DNA from: a virus
Strand: one strand, 5' to 3'
Length of the DNA stretch: 64,000 nt
IMG/VR virus record: IMGVR_UViG_3300043464_001679
Location: 14,840-78,839 of that record
Part shown: piece after piece, positions 1 through 10,206 of the stretch
Numbering within the stretch: the first letter of the stretch is position 1
How the letters are laid out: each line of letters starts with the position of its first letter
Made by a program: the position numbers and the translations under genes
The notes under the pieces: model-generated
The model's database searches: none
Told to the model about the DNA's origin: nothing
What the model saw: the letters and a program-made list of their open reading frames with translations, nothing else

Positions 1-510
1 CCACCTGGCACAAATACTGGTGAAGGTTATCAGGCAGCAGGTTTTTTACCATCTGAAATAGGTTTAAAAAATAATTTTAAGAAAAGTTATTTTAGATTAT
101 ATTTTTATGATAATAATGATACTAAAACACAAAATTTATTATTAACTGAAGATATAAGTACCTATGGTAGTACAATACCTTCGTTTAATTTTAGTAAAAT
201 TTTTTGGTTAAAGAATGACCCAGTATTCTCTTCTACTACTATCATTAATAGGAGGGTTTACATGGAAGCAAGATTTTTTAATGCTAAAACTGGTAGAGTA
301 CATAGATTTATTAATACCCCTTTAAGCGTATCTTTTCCGGTAAACATAAGTATATTAGCTAACAACCAAAGTTGGAAAAGTAGTAAAATTTTAATATTAA
401 ATCCTAAATTAAATAATGGAAATAGATATTTTGAAATAGACCAATCACTACCACTTGGGGCTAACACTACGAATAGTATAACATTTACAGAATATGTACT
501 AGAAGTTTAA
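1..510 (+). CDS. Putative virion structural protein, 5'-partial
   Basis: Frame 1 is open from base 1 (PPGTNTGEG...KKSYFRLYFYD...) into the track ORF 262-510; lies in the structural module. Confidence 0.7.
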   Translation, partial: PPGTNTGEGYQAAGFLPSEIGLKNNFKKSYFRLYFYDNNDTKTQNLLLTEDISTYGSTIPSFNFSKIFWLKNDPVFSSTTIINRRVYMEARFFNAKTGRVHRFINTPLSVSFPVNISILANNQSWKSSKILILNPKLNNGNRYFEIDQSLPLGANTTNSITFTEYVLEV

Positions 511-511
511 A

Positions 512-2971
512 ATGAGTTTTTATAATAGAAAAATACAATATTACAAATCTTTTAAATTAATTGATACAGACGGTGATGGTGTTAATGATACCATGGCATA
601 TAGCCCAATATCTGAATATTATTACCTACAATTTGGATTAGATCAAGATGTTAGGGATATTGGGCATTACACAAAAGGTGTTGAGTTAAAAAAACCTTTT
701 CTTGAAATAATACCCTCTATTGGTCTTTGGTCTAAAAAATCTTTTAACGATAATACTAATAAAAGCCCATTCTCAACACCAATTGAATCTGGTACAACAA
801 TACCTTTTTGTAACGACCCAGAAGCCAATAACTATAATTCATCTTTATTTGGTTTAGACGGTTATTTACCTTGTACTGAAAATGAATGTTGTACTTACAA
901 CCAAACAAAAAATTATACTAAAACTAAGTCTAACACAATAGAAGAAGATTTAAATTGTTTAGCCTTTTATACCGATTGGGGTCCATGGAACAACGAATTA
1001 ATTTATAACGATACTAAACAATCATTTATAAAAAAAACAGATTGTAGTTTTTCTTTAAGGTTAATAAATCAATTAAGTATTGAAAATGAATTTGTTAAAG
1101 GTGGTTGGTATGGTTCCTCTATTTTAATAGAGGTGGATAGTGGTCTTGGTTACACAATTTTAGAACCTGGAAATCCTATAATATACAATATAGACAATGG
1201 AATTGTTTTCAACCAAGAAAGTAAAACTTTTACTTTAGATGATAAAATTAGAGTTTGGAAAGCCAATTCTAATACAAACCCAAATAAGTATTACACAACA
1301 AAACCTTATAGAGATATAACTTTTAAGGCTGACAATAATAGTAAAATTAGGGTAACTTATTTTAATTCCAATATTGATATTACTTCATACCAAAAATACG
1401 CTAAATATTTAAGATTACAAACAATAAAAGGTAGTGTCCCGTCAACAATACCAACACCACCAACATTAACAACAATATTAAGTGGTTTTACTTGGGCTCA
1501 AAATTTAGAAAATATAAACAATTTTTTAGGTACACCAATTAATAGACAAAACGAAAACGAAACTTTCCATTTTATAAATGATGGTGAAATAGAAACTAAA
1601 CATATAACTTGGAATAATTATTTAAACGGTTATAAAAACCCTACAACAAAAGTTTATTGGGGGCCTTCTTCTAGTGAAATAGAGGTTGGTACTTTTTATT
1701 CTAATCCTGGTGTAGGTGTATTAAGTGATTTTGGTGATTCTATCACAAAAAATATTTTATACGGAATAAACAATAGTGATTTAAATTATTTTAGTAACCC
1801 TGAAGAATTATTAGAAGAGTATATTTTTACTTGTGAAACTAAAGAAAATTATATTTCTTTTTTTGATAGAAATGGTGATGGTATTGTAGAAAGTGGTAAA
1901 AACGGTTCAGTAGATGATGGTTTATTTAGTAAAACTAGGTATGATTCACCATATATTTTTATAAAACCAGGTACAACAGACGGGGTAGAACTTTTAATTG
2001 ATAATCCGTTAACTATTACCTCAGAACAAGAAAAAGATTTTCCTTATAGTCCAAGTTCAGTAGGTGGTTGGAAAAATTATGCTTACGTTACTACTAATTT
2101 ATCTAAACAATTAAGTAATAATACGGGTAAATACTCTTTTAAAAATGTTTCACCTACATGTCAAATGGGTGGAATCAACAATTTAAAAACTTTTGATGGT
2201 AACTTAGTAGATTCATCAAACGTGAATATATTTTTACAACAACCAATATTTAATGACATCTCACAGAAAGCTGATTTTGGTACTGGAACGACTGTACCTC
2301 ATTTATGGAATAGTGACTTTATAAAATATAAAGGTGGTTGTTGTAGTAAATCTTATGACAGTTCATTAGATATATCTAAAAACGGACCTTATTATAATAG
2401 TGAGTGTTTTAATTGTCATACTCAAATGACATCTAGGTCTGCACAACCTATTTTGGAAAATTCAGTTAGAATATCTATGCAAACAACTGATAGTGATGTT
2501 TATTACGGACCTTTTTATGACCCTCAAAACCCAACTTATAACGGTTACGGTTTAGCTTTTTCAAAGGCAAATAAATTTTGTAGAGAAGTTAAAAATAAAA
2601 ATGGTGTTGAGGTCATAAATTCTGAAACTGGTGTAAACGGTGATGAACTTTACCTTGGTGGTATATTACACGGAGGTGGTGTACAGTATACCCCGAATAC
2701 AAGTTTAGAGAATAATTATGGGGTAATAAAAAGTGTTCAGTTAGGTTTTGAGGAGATAACATCAGTAAATTCTAATTCAAATTGTGTTAATGGAACTAAA
2801 ATACCTCTTAAATGTAGTAAAGTATTTAATGACCCTAACTGTCCAAAGAACAATTGTATGAAATGTATATTTTGTTTTAAATGTAATTCAGAGGATAAAC
2901 AACCTGGCATATTTACAGGTAATAACAGTGACCTAAAAGGGCCAACTGACGGTATAAATTATTTAGGGTGA
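512..2971 (+). CDS. Large Cys/Asn/Thr-rich putative virion (tail/baseplate) protein
   Basis: 819-aa ORF with Cys clusters and DxDGDG motifs; coupled to neighbours. Confidence 0.6.
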   Translation: MSFYNRKIQYYKSFKLIDTDGDGVNDTMAYSPISEYYYLQFGLDQDVRDIGHYTKGVELKKPFLEIIPSIGLWSKKSFNDNTNKSPFSTPIESGTTIPFCNDPEANNYNSSLFGLDGYLPCTENECCTYNQTKNYTKTKSNTIEEDLNCLAFYTDWGPWNNELIYNDTKQSFIKKTDCSFSLRLINQLSIENEFVKGGWYGSSILIEVDSGLGYTILEPGNPIIYNIDNGIVFNQESKTFTLDDKIRVWKANSNTNPNKYYTTKPYRDITFKADNNSKIRVTYFNSNIDITSYQKYAKYLRLQTIKGSVPSTIPTPPTLTTILSGFTWAQNLENINNFLGTPINRQNENETFHFINDGEIETKHITWNNYLNGYKNPTTKVYWGPSSSEIEVGTFYSNPGVGVLSDFGDSITKNILYGINNSDLNYFSNPEELLEEYIFTCETKENYISFFDRNGDGIVESGKNGSVDDGLFSKTRYDSPYIFIKPGTTDGVELLIDNPLTITSEQEKDFPYSPSSVGGWKNYAYVTTNLSKQLSNNTGKYSFKNVSPTCQMGGINNLKTFDGNLVDSSNVNIFLQQPIFNDISQKADFGTGTTVPHLWNSDFIKYKGGCCSKSYDSSLDISKNGPYYNSECFNCHTQMTSRSAQPILENSVRISMQTTDSDVYYGPFYDPQNPTYNGYGLAFSKANKFCREVKNKNGVEVINSETGVNGDELYLGGILHGGGVQYTPNTSLENNYGVIKSVQLGFEEITSVNSNSNCVNGTKIPLKCSKVFNDPNCPKNNCMKCIFCFKCNSEDKQPGIFTGNNSDLKGPTDGINYLG

Positions 2972-3447
2972 TAATTACAGGATTTACAGACTCAAGGCTA
3001 AATGAAGTTAAAACTTATGACGATAATAATCCTTATGTTGTAGGCGTAAACGGTGTTACAAATGTTGTTTACGAAACTACTTATGGTATCGATTCTTCAG
3101 GTAATACTTTAACAGAACAATCATTATCTAGTGTTGAATATGAAATAAATGGTATTAAATATACCACTAATATATTAAACCCGTTGTTCCCAGACTCAAA
3201 TCTATTTTTTAAAACACAGACTGTTTATTTTTTTGAAAGTAGTGGGTTAACTGTACAAAATATAAACTTAATAAAAAGAGAAGCTGAAATGGGTATATCT
3301 TTTCCTCCTAAAGTTGAAAATCAGATATTTATTGAAAGACAGTCAATATCGGTATTTGAAAGACATTTAAGATTGGAAGATATAGAAAGTATTGATCAGT
3401 TTGATACATATAGAAATGGATATTACAATATTTTTAATATAGAATAA
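2968..3447 (+). CDS. Putative virion structural protein
   Basis: 159 aa; GTG start overlaps upstream TGA. Confidence 0.55.
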   Translation: MIITGFTDSRLNEVKTYDDNNPYVVGVNGVTNVVYETTYGIDSSGNTLTEQSLSSVEYEINGIKYTTNILNPLFPDSNLFFKTQTVYFFESSGLTVQNINLIKREAEMGISFPPKVENQIFIERQSISVFERHLRLEDIESIDQFDTYRNGYYNIFNIE

Positions 3448-3448
3448 A

Positions 3449-4342
3449 ATGGCTACAGGAAATTACGGAACAATAAGACCGGCTAACGTATCACCAGATG
3501 ATATAGATATTTTTTATACCTACTCACCTAGTAGAGACGTACCACCTACAGTTCCCGTTAGAGTTTTAGATGCTAACTCTTTTTTAACACAATTTAATAA
3601 CCCATTAAGCGTTAATGGAGTACAACCAATATTGGGCGGTCTATATAACTTAAATTTACCGGCAAACCTTTTTTCTTCAAAAGGTTACTACACAATAATG
3701 ATAAGACCTAAGCAATACTATGTAACAATAGCTGATTGTGGTGTTTTATCTGCTTATCCTGATATAAAAGGTATTGTATTTAATACAAATGACTTACCAC
3801 CAATCTTAGCACAAAATGATTCTATGGTTGGTTATAGAATAGAATATTTGGATGACACTAATCAAATATTACCGAATACTTATAGAATTGTAACATCAGC
3901 TAATTTAACTGAGGCGGTTAATCAAAATTTATCTAATACCTCACAAAAAGCTATTAGATATAGATTTAATGACAATTCTAATTTATTGTTCTGTACATTA
4001 ACACCTTCCTCACCTTCAGTAGTAACACCAAATAAAATACCTTTTATTGGTTCACCTGGACAATCGGTTGTAATAACAAACACATTTTTTAATCCAATTA
4101 CTATTGAATTAGAAATGGTTGAACATGATATTGAGACATTAGCTTACGGTTTATTTGGTAACCAAAGTAAAAGTATTGCTGATGGTAAATACACTATCTA
4201 CGATTTTGATAATAGAATTTATAAACAATACAATCTTTACGAAATACAAGATCAGTTTACTAGTCAACCACTTTATGAAATTAGAGAAGAAGTTGATGAA
4301 ATTGATGATACTAAAGATTTTGATACAATAACTACCCTTTAA
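3449..4342 (+). CDS. Putative baseplate/tail structural protein
   Basis: 297 aa, tightly packed in the structural operon. Confidence 0.55.
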   Translation: MATGNYGTIRPANVSPDDIDIFYTYSPSRDVPPTVPVRVLDANSFLTQFNNPLSVNGVQPILGGLYNLNLPANLFSSKGYYTIMIRPKQYYVTIADCGVLSAYPDIKGIVFNTNDLPPILAQNDSMVGYRIEYLDDTNQILPNTYRIVTSANLTEAVNQNLSNTSQKAIRYRFNDNSNLLFCTLTPSSPSVVTPNKIPFIGSPGQSVVITNTFFNPITIELEMVEHDIETLAYGLFGNQSKSIADGKYTIYDFDNRIYKQYNLYEIQDQFTSQPLYEIREEVDEIDDTKDFDTITTL

Positions 4343-4357
4343 AATTTTTAAAATTTA

Positions 4358-7300
4358 ATGCCTAATAAAATAGTAGTACCGGGGTCAATAACAGAACCAT
4401 ATAAAATAGGTCAAGGTGACTTTGCCCCAAATTTGGTGGGACAACAATTTACAGATGGTGTTACACTTTTTACTTTAGGTAATTTTGCTATTACAACTAA
4501 CGCTAATCCCGTTACTAGTAATGTTTATAGTACTGGTACATTTTCTGAATCTTATAATTTAAATGATTTAGATTTAACCAACATAGACTCAGAAGAATTA
4601 TCAAACGAAAGTTTAAAAATAATTCTAAATTTAGATCCCAACAGGATAGAAAGATATGTTTACTTTGGTAGTTTTTATGAATTTATTAAAAGTAATATAG
4701 AACAAATTTTATTAAAATGGAAAGGTTCTTTATTTATAGAAAATTTATTAGACGATGACCCAACTAGAACATATAAAAACACTGTCCTTAATTATCAATA
4801 TGATAGTTTGTCAGGTACTTCCACTTTTAAAATACCGACAGTTTTAATAAAAAATAAATTCGCTTTAATTTATAGTAGTGAAGTACTCTTTAGTACATAT
4901 GATAATTATGGTGATATTTCTAATTTAAATACAAGTTTCCAAGATTACCAAATAAGTAATATTTTCGGTGATTTTTATGTTTTAGGTTTTACTGGTAGTA
5001 CTAATATAGATAACTACATTTATTTACAGGTTAATGGTAATCCTTGGCCAAATTTAGTGGGTGTTGGTTTTGGTAGTTTCAATTATCACGTAAGACCCAA
5101 AGAAGAAATTATAAATAAATATTTTTTTAGTAAGTTAAATGAGTTTGAGTCACTAATATTAAACAGATTAGTATCACCACCTTATACAATATCTGTTGAT
5201 TTACCATTAAGAAATGAATCTGGGGCAATCTTTTCTAGTAATAGAAGATTAACTTGGCCAACAACAGACGGTTATAATTTAGATAATGGATCAACAGAAT
5301 TCACCAACTATCTTAATGATTGGATAGACATAGCTTTACAAATGGACCAAAATAAAACAGACCTTGTTGCTAGAAGGTTTGTTACTGAGTCTATTATAGA
5401 GTTTGATACTGAAGGTGATGGTACTGAAATTTATGGTAGAAAAGTTAATAAATTATTAAGACTTTATGGAAGAGAGTTTGACCAAGTAAAACAATATATA
5501 GATGGTATAACATTTTCTAGGGTAGTTACTTATAATAAAAAAGATAACACCGCTGATGAGTTAGTGAAAGTATTAGCTTCAGAATTAGGTTTAGATGTTT
5601 TATTAAGTTATTTTGATAATAATTTATTTGGTAATTTCTTACCTTCTAATTCTGGTGAAGAGGGGTATGGGGCAACTTTTAATACACCTTTTTCGGGTTA
5701 TTCTAGGGGTTTATCCCCAAGAGAGCTAGACTTTGAGTTATGGAGAAGATTAGTTATAAATGCTTGGTGGTTATTTAAATCAAAAGGTCATAGAAAAGTT
5801 TTAGAGTTTTTCCTTAATTTATTTAGAATACAAGAGTGTGTGGTTAGTTTAGATGAGTACTTATACATAGTTAAGGACAGACTTAATGTTGATGAAACGT
5901 TAAATACGATTGCTGATTATCTAGGTATTCCATTAGATGAATTATTAGTACAAAGTGGTGATGGTATTATAAATGGTGGTTATCCTATAGATAATTTTGG
6001 GTTCCCTTATATACAACCATTTGACGTGGCCACAGAAGATAATGATAGAGTCACAAGGTACTATCAAGCTTATGGTTTTTGGTATAATGGAGGTAATTTA
6101 TCTGATTTAGGTAATAACCCACACATTGGTGTATATGATTATGGTAAACATTATGTAGATGGTTTTAGATGTTTTATTGATAATTTTTCAGCAGTTACAA
6201 TAAATACGGTAAACTTTATAACATTAGATAATTTATTCACAGAATATAGTACAGAGGATTCTAACACACAAGATAATGTACCTTCTTATGGTGAAAATTT
6301 TGCTGAAATATTAAATAATAATGGACAAGTTTCATCTAACGCTACTATTTTAGCCGCAGGAGCTTCTACTGACATTGTTTATAATAGTAATAGTACACCA
6401 ATAAGAATCACATTTAATTATGGTGGTTCTAACTGTGAATTAACGTGCCCTACTGATTTAGTTTACTATGATAATGGTGTAATATTCGCTAACGAACAAA
6501 CAACTTTAATTTTAACCGAATCTAATATAAGTGGTTATATAGATACAAATCAACAAGATTTAATTGATGCAACAGAAATATCACAAACTTGTTGTTTGGA
6601 ATTGGGTGGATATTATTTACCAGCTAGTACTTTAATACCTAATGGTGTTGGTGGTGGAATATGCCCTTCTGAAGGACAATTAATGATATTAGAATCTGGA
6701 TTAGTTTTAGGAATAAATAAACAAGCTTGTTGCCAAAATAGTGTAGTAGGTTCTAATGTTTACTGGGATGGTAGTAGGTGTTTACTTGTAGGTACTAATA
6801 TTAATGCCGTAGAAGATATTTTTACTGTAAACGAATTATTTGGTAATACTATTACAGATAATTTAGCTTGTTTTTGGTGTCCACCAACAAAATTAGTTTG
6901 TGACGATGATTATTATAACCTTAAATCAAATATTACAGTAGAACCTAATAAACGTGAAGTTAAAGGTGTGAGTATTAACACTGATTTCACTTTTAAAAGT
7001 GGTTGTAATTTAGCTAATGGTAGTCTTTACACAGACCCAGATGGTTATACATATGTAATACAAGAGTCACCTAGTACATTACCATTAATAATGTGTGATT
7101 CATTTTATAGTAGTAGTTGGGAACAAATACCTGGGTCTACTCTATTTCAAAAAGGATGTTGTAAAGGTTATAGAACATGTGATAAAGTAAGTACATTAGA
7201 TAGTACTGGTTGTGAAATAAATCCCCTAACAGTGGTGACTAGACCTGATAAAGTTTTAATTAACGAAGGAACACCAATTGGAGGGGAATGCTGTGATAGC

Positions 7301-7573
7301 CAAATTTTGGGTTATGACGTTCATTGGAATGGTGAATATTGTATACTAGGAAATGCACCAGAAACACCTACAGTTAATTGTGTTATAGTTAGTATTTCCG
7401 ATAAAAATATAACAAATGAAAAATGTTGTAATACTAAAGGTGGTGTTTTAGGTGAAGATTCTTTAGGTAATATAATTTGTTTAAAAAATATTGCTATAAC
7501 AAATAATGGCTCTACACCTGTTGATGTTCTTGATGGTATATCTTTAACTGATATAAATCAAACTACAGACTAA
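4358..7573 (+). CDS. Putative baseplate wedge protein with C-terminal Cys-rich repeats
   Basis: LWRRLVINAWWLFKSKGHRKVLEFFL resembles the wedge/P2 gpI-like 'KGT' segment; CC..W..C repeats. Confidence 0.55.
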   Translation: MPNKIVVPGSITEPYKIGQGDFAPNLVGQQFTDGVTLFTLGNFAITTNANPVTSNVYSTGTFSESYNLNDLDLTNIDSEELSNESLKIILNLDPNRIERYVYFGSFYEFIKSNIEQILLKWKGSLFIENLLDDDPTRTYKNTVLNYQYDSLSGTSTFKIPTVLIKNKFALIYSSEVLFSTYDNYGDISNLNTSFQDYQISNIFGDFYVLGFTGSTNIDNYIYLQVNGNPWPNLVGVGFGSFNYHVRPKEEIINKYFFSKLNEFESLILNRLVSPPYTISVDLPLRNESGAIFSSNRRLTWPTTDGYNLDNGSTEFTNYLNDWIDIALQMDQNKTDLVARRFVTESIIEFDTEGDGTEIYGRKVNKLLRLYGREFDQVKQYIDGITFSRVVTYNKKDNTADELVKVLASELGLDVLLSYFDNNLFGNFLPSNSGEEGYGATFNTPFSGYSRGLSPRELDFELWRRLVINAWWLFKSKGHRKVLEFFLNLFRIQECVVSLDEYLYIVKDRLNVDETLNTIADYLGIPLDELLVQSGDGIINGGYPIDNFGFPYIQPFDVATEDNDRVTRYYQAYGFWYNGGNLSDLGNNPHIGVYDYGKHYVDGFRCFIDNFSAVTINTVNFITLDNLFTEYSTEDSNTQDNVPSYGENFAEILNNNGQVSSNATILAAGASTDIVYNSNSTPIRITFNYGGSNCELTCPTDLVYYDNGVIFANEQTTLILTESNISGYIDTNQQDLIDATEISQTCCLELGGYYLPASTLIPNGVGGGICPSEGQLMILESGLVLGINKQACCQNSVVGSNVYWDGSRCLLVGTNINAVEDIFTVNELFGNTITDNLACFWCPPTKLVCDDDYYNLKSNITVEPNKREVKGVSINTDFTFKSGCNLANGSLYTDPDGYTYVIQESPSTLPLIMCDSFYSSSWEQIPGSTLFQKGCCKGYRTCDKVSTLDSTGCEINPLTVVTRPDKVLINEGTPIGGECCDSQILGYDVHWNGEYCILGNAPETPTVNCVIVSISDKNITNEKCCNTKGGVLGEDSLGNIICLKNIAITNNGSTPVDVLDGISLTDINQTTD

Positions 7574-7605
7574 TAAATTAAAGAAAATAATATTTATAAA
7601 AATAA

Positions 7606-10206
7606 ATGGCGGAAACAATTAATAATAGTGAATGGCTTGGAGGTGGGGGTGGTGATATCATCACTACTTCATATTGTTGTACATTATCACCCGGATCAAA
7701 TATTTTTAATGCACCAGTCAATCAATTACCTCCCGGTGTTACCACAGGAACAATTGACCTTCAAATAGCTTCTTCTAGTACACCTTGTATTGGTGTTGGT
7801 GACATGTGTCCTGAATATAATTCAAGTCTTACATGGGCTTTACAGGTTGGTACTTCGCCAGTTACATACACTAGAGGTTGTTGTGTAGCTTATTATTTTC
7901 CTGGTGGTGTTGGTCCCAGTTCTGGTATAGATACGGATGGTGATACTGGGCCTTGTGCTGATTACCCAACCATACTAAGTTGTGAGGAACTTTTTAATAG
8001 TAATGGTTATAACGACATTGATTATTGGGAAAACCCAGAGGGAACAATAGTCAACGGAACTTATCCAAACAATAATCCATTATCTAACATATCCCTTAAC
8101 CCTGATTGGGATTTAGCACTAAATGCAGGATGCCCATTAACAGATATAGAATCTTGTTGTACCGAACAAAATATAGGTTTCCCAGTTCAATGGGTAAACA
8201 CACCCTACAATGGTTTTAATAGTGGTAGTATTACTTTAACATCTGAACAATCTTCTTTGTTACAAGGTAGATGTATTTCACTTAATAATTGTACCTCACA
8301 AATTGAGGGCTTTACTATTCTTGAAGACAATTCTATAGAATATAATGTTGGTTTTACAAATACCACACTTCCTGTGCCACAAAACTGTTGTACAAATTAT
8401 GTTGTAGGTGGTTTAGGTTATTCTGTTACATGGGATCCAACTTTACAAAAATGTTTTTCAGTACCAGACCCATGTCCTACTGTATCAACAGTGGTATTAG
8501 ATACAACTAATTACATCGTATTAAATGCGACTAGATATGATTGTTGTATACCCGAAAATATTGGTATAGATACTGTTTATTGGGATTACATAACAAACCA
8601 ATGTCGTTATATACCACAAAATGATGGTAATATTGTTAATCCCTGTACTTACGATTCTTATGAAATAGCACCATACCAAACAACGGCACAAAATTTAACA
8701 CCCCAAAATGTACAACAACTTTTTGGTTATGTTGATGGTGAATTATTACCTGTTAGTAGAGGTTGTTGTAGTTCTGAAGTCACTGGTTATAATGTAGAGT
8801 GGAATCCAGATTTAAAAATATGTCAGTATACTTCTACTAATGGTATAGATATTGTTTTAAATGATGAACCTATATCTATAGATGGTTGTGATGATGTATT
8901 AGTTTCCGTTAAAATGTATTTTACAAAACCTTCAGATGAATGTATTACTTCTGAAGATTCTATAACAGTATCCCTATTACCAAATAACCCAAATATTACA
9001 GTAACACAAATAGATGTGTTTGATTCTATTACTGATGGATTTGATGAATGGATTAATTTAAGTGCCAGATTTTCATCTGTTTCAGGTGGAACCTTTAACC
9101 TAAATTTAAATATAAGTGGTGGTATTGTTTTGTGTTGTGAATACGATATTAGAGTAGACGATATTAGGGTGGATTGTTACAAAGAAAATGAAAGACTTTT
9201 CTTTGACACCAAAAAGTGTGTTGGTTTTGATCTAACTAGAGTTATAGATAATAAACGTTCATGGGTGTATAACCCTGGTGCTGATGACATAGGTTCTACA
9301 CAAGATAATTTAATTAGAGATAGAGGGGAAGATGGCCTAATACAAGGTTATGGTTTTATAAATAGAACTTTTGCTCCTAGTGCTGATGCTGATATTCCTT
9401 GGAGGTATACTGACTACTATGAACAATCTAATATATTAGAACCACATAGTAAGGCTGTTATAATCAGTAAAGAAATGGAACTCACATTTAATATGTGTAG
9501 TGAATGTTGTGCAACTTATTCACAATGTCCTTCTGATTATACATTAGTAACAACCACAGGTGGGACAAAATATTGCACTAAAACTACAATTTATTGTCCT
9601 AGTGGGTATACTTTAAGTGCTGGTACTTGTTATAGTGGTATTACAACCGCTAGTACAATATCGGAAACAATAACTGGTGAAACAGGTTCTTATTGTGTAC
9701 AAACAGCTAACTTATTACAATTAGAGGAATACAAAAAAGTTTTCCAAAGTTTTTGGGTTAGAATGATTGAACAATTTGTTCCGGCCACAACAATATTCAT
9801 TTCGGGTGAAAAATGGTGTAATAATGACGCTTTTATTTGTACACAATTTGAAGAGTGTGATTATGATTTTGAATACGTTGATTCTGAAATAACCATATTA
9901 GAATACTCAACAGATCCAGAATTACCTGAAGGTCCTCATAACACTAATGGAGGTGATGTTGATGAGACTTTTGAACCAGGTCTACCTATGGATAACACAC
10001 CTAATTCTGAATTAAGTGGGTCAAATAATGAACCAATAGTTATTGATGGATTTAATATAACACCAGCAGACCCAGACCCAACCGGTGGGGGTGGTATATT
10101 GGTTGAAAGAGAAATAACACCAAGATTAAATAGACCTTTTGAGGTGATTAAAGAAAGATATTATAACGGTATCATTAAAGGAGGGGTAAAAGAAATATTT
10201 CAATAA
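7606..10206 (+). CDS. Cys-rich putative baseplate/tail-associated protein
   Basis: 866 aa with CC-x5-G-x2-V-x-W-x(4-6)-C repeats; ATATTTAT motif upstream. Confidence 0.55.
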   Translation: MAETINNSEWLGGGGGDIITTSYCCTLSPGSNIFNAPVNQLPPGVTTGTIDLQIASSSTPCIGVGDMCPEYNSSLTWALQVGTSPVTYTRGCCVAYYFPGGVGPSSGIDTDGDTGPCADYPTILSCEELFNSNGYNDIDYWENPEGTIVNGTYPNNNPLSNISLNPDWDLALNAGCPLTDIESCCTEQNIGFPVQWVNTPYNGFNSGSITLTSEQSSLLQGRCISLNNCTSQIEGFTILEDNSIEYNVGFTNTTLPVPQNCCTNYVVGGLGYSVTWDPTLQKCFSVPDPCPTVSTVVLDTTNYIVLNATRYDCCIPENIGIDTVYWDYITNQCRYIPQNDGNIVNPCTYDSYEIAPYQTTAQNLTPQNVQQLFGYVDGELLPVSRGCCSSEVTGYNVEWNPDLKICQYTSTNGIDIVLNDEPISIDGCDDVLVSVKMYFTKPSDECITSEDSITVSLLPNNPNITVTQIDVFDSITDGFDEWINLSARFSSVSGGTFNLNLNISGGIVLCCEYDIRVDDIRVDCYKENERLFFDTKKCVGFDLTRVIDNKRSWVYNPGADDIGSTQDNLIRDRGEDGLIQGYGFINRTFAPSADADIPWRYTDYYEQSNILEPHSKAVIISKEMELTFNMCSECCATYSQCPSDYTLVTTTGGTKYCTKTTIYCPSGYTLSAGTCYSGITTASTISETITGETGSYCVQTANLLQLEEYKKVFQSFWVRMIEQFVPATTIFISGEKWCNNDAFICTQFEECDYDFEYVDSEITILEYSTDPELPEGPHNTNGGDVDETFEPGLPMDNTPNSELSGSNNEPIVIDGFNITPADPDPTGGGGILVEREITPRLNRPFEVIKERYYNGIIKGGVKEIFQ

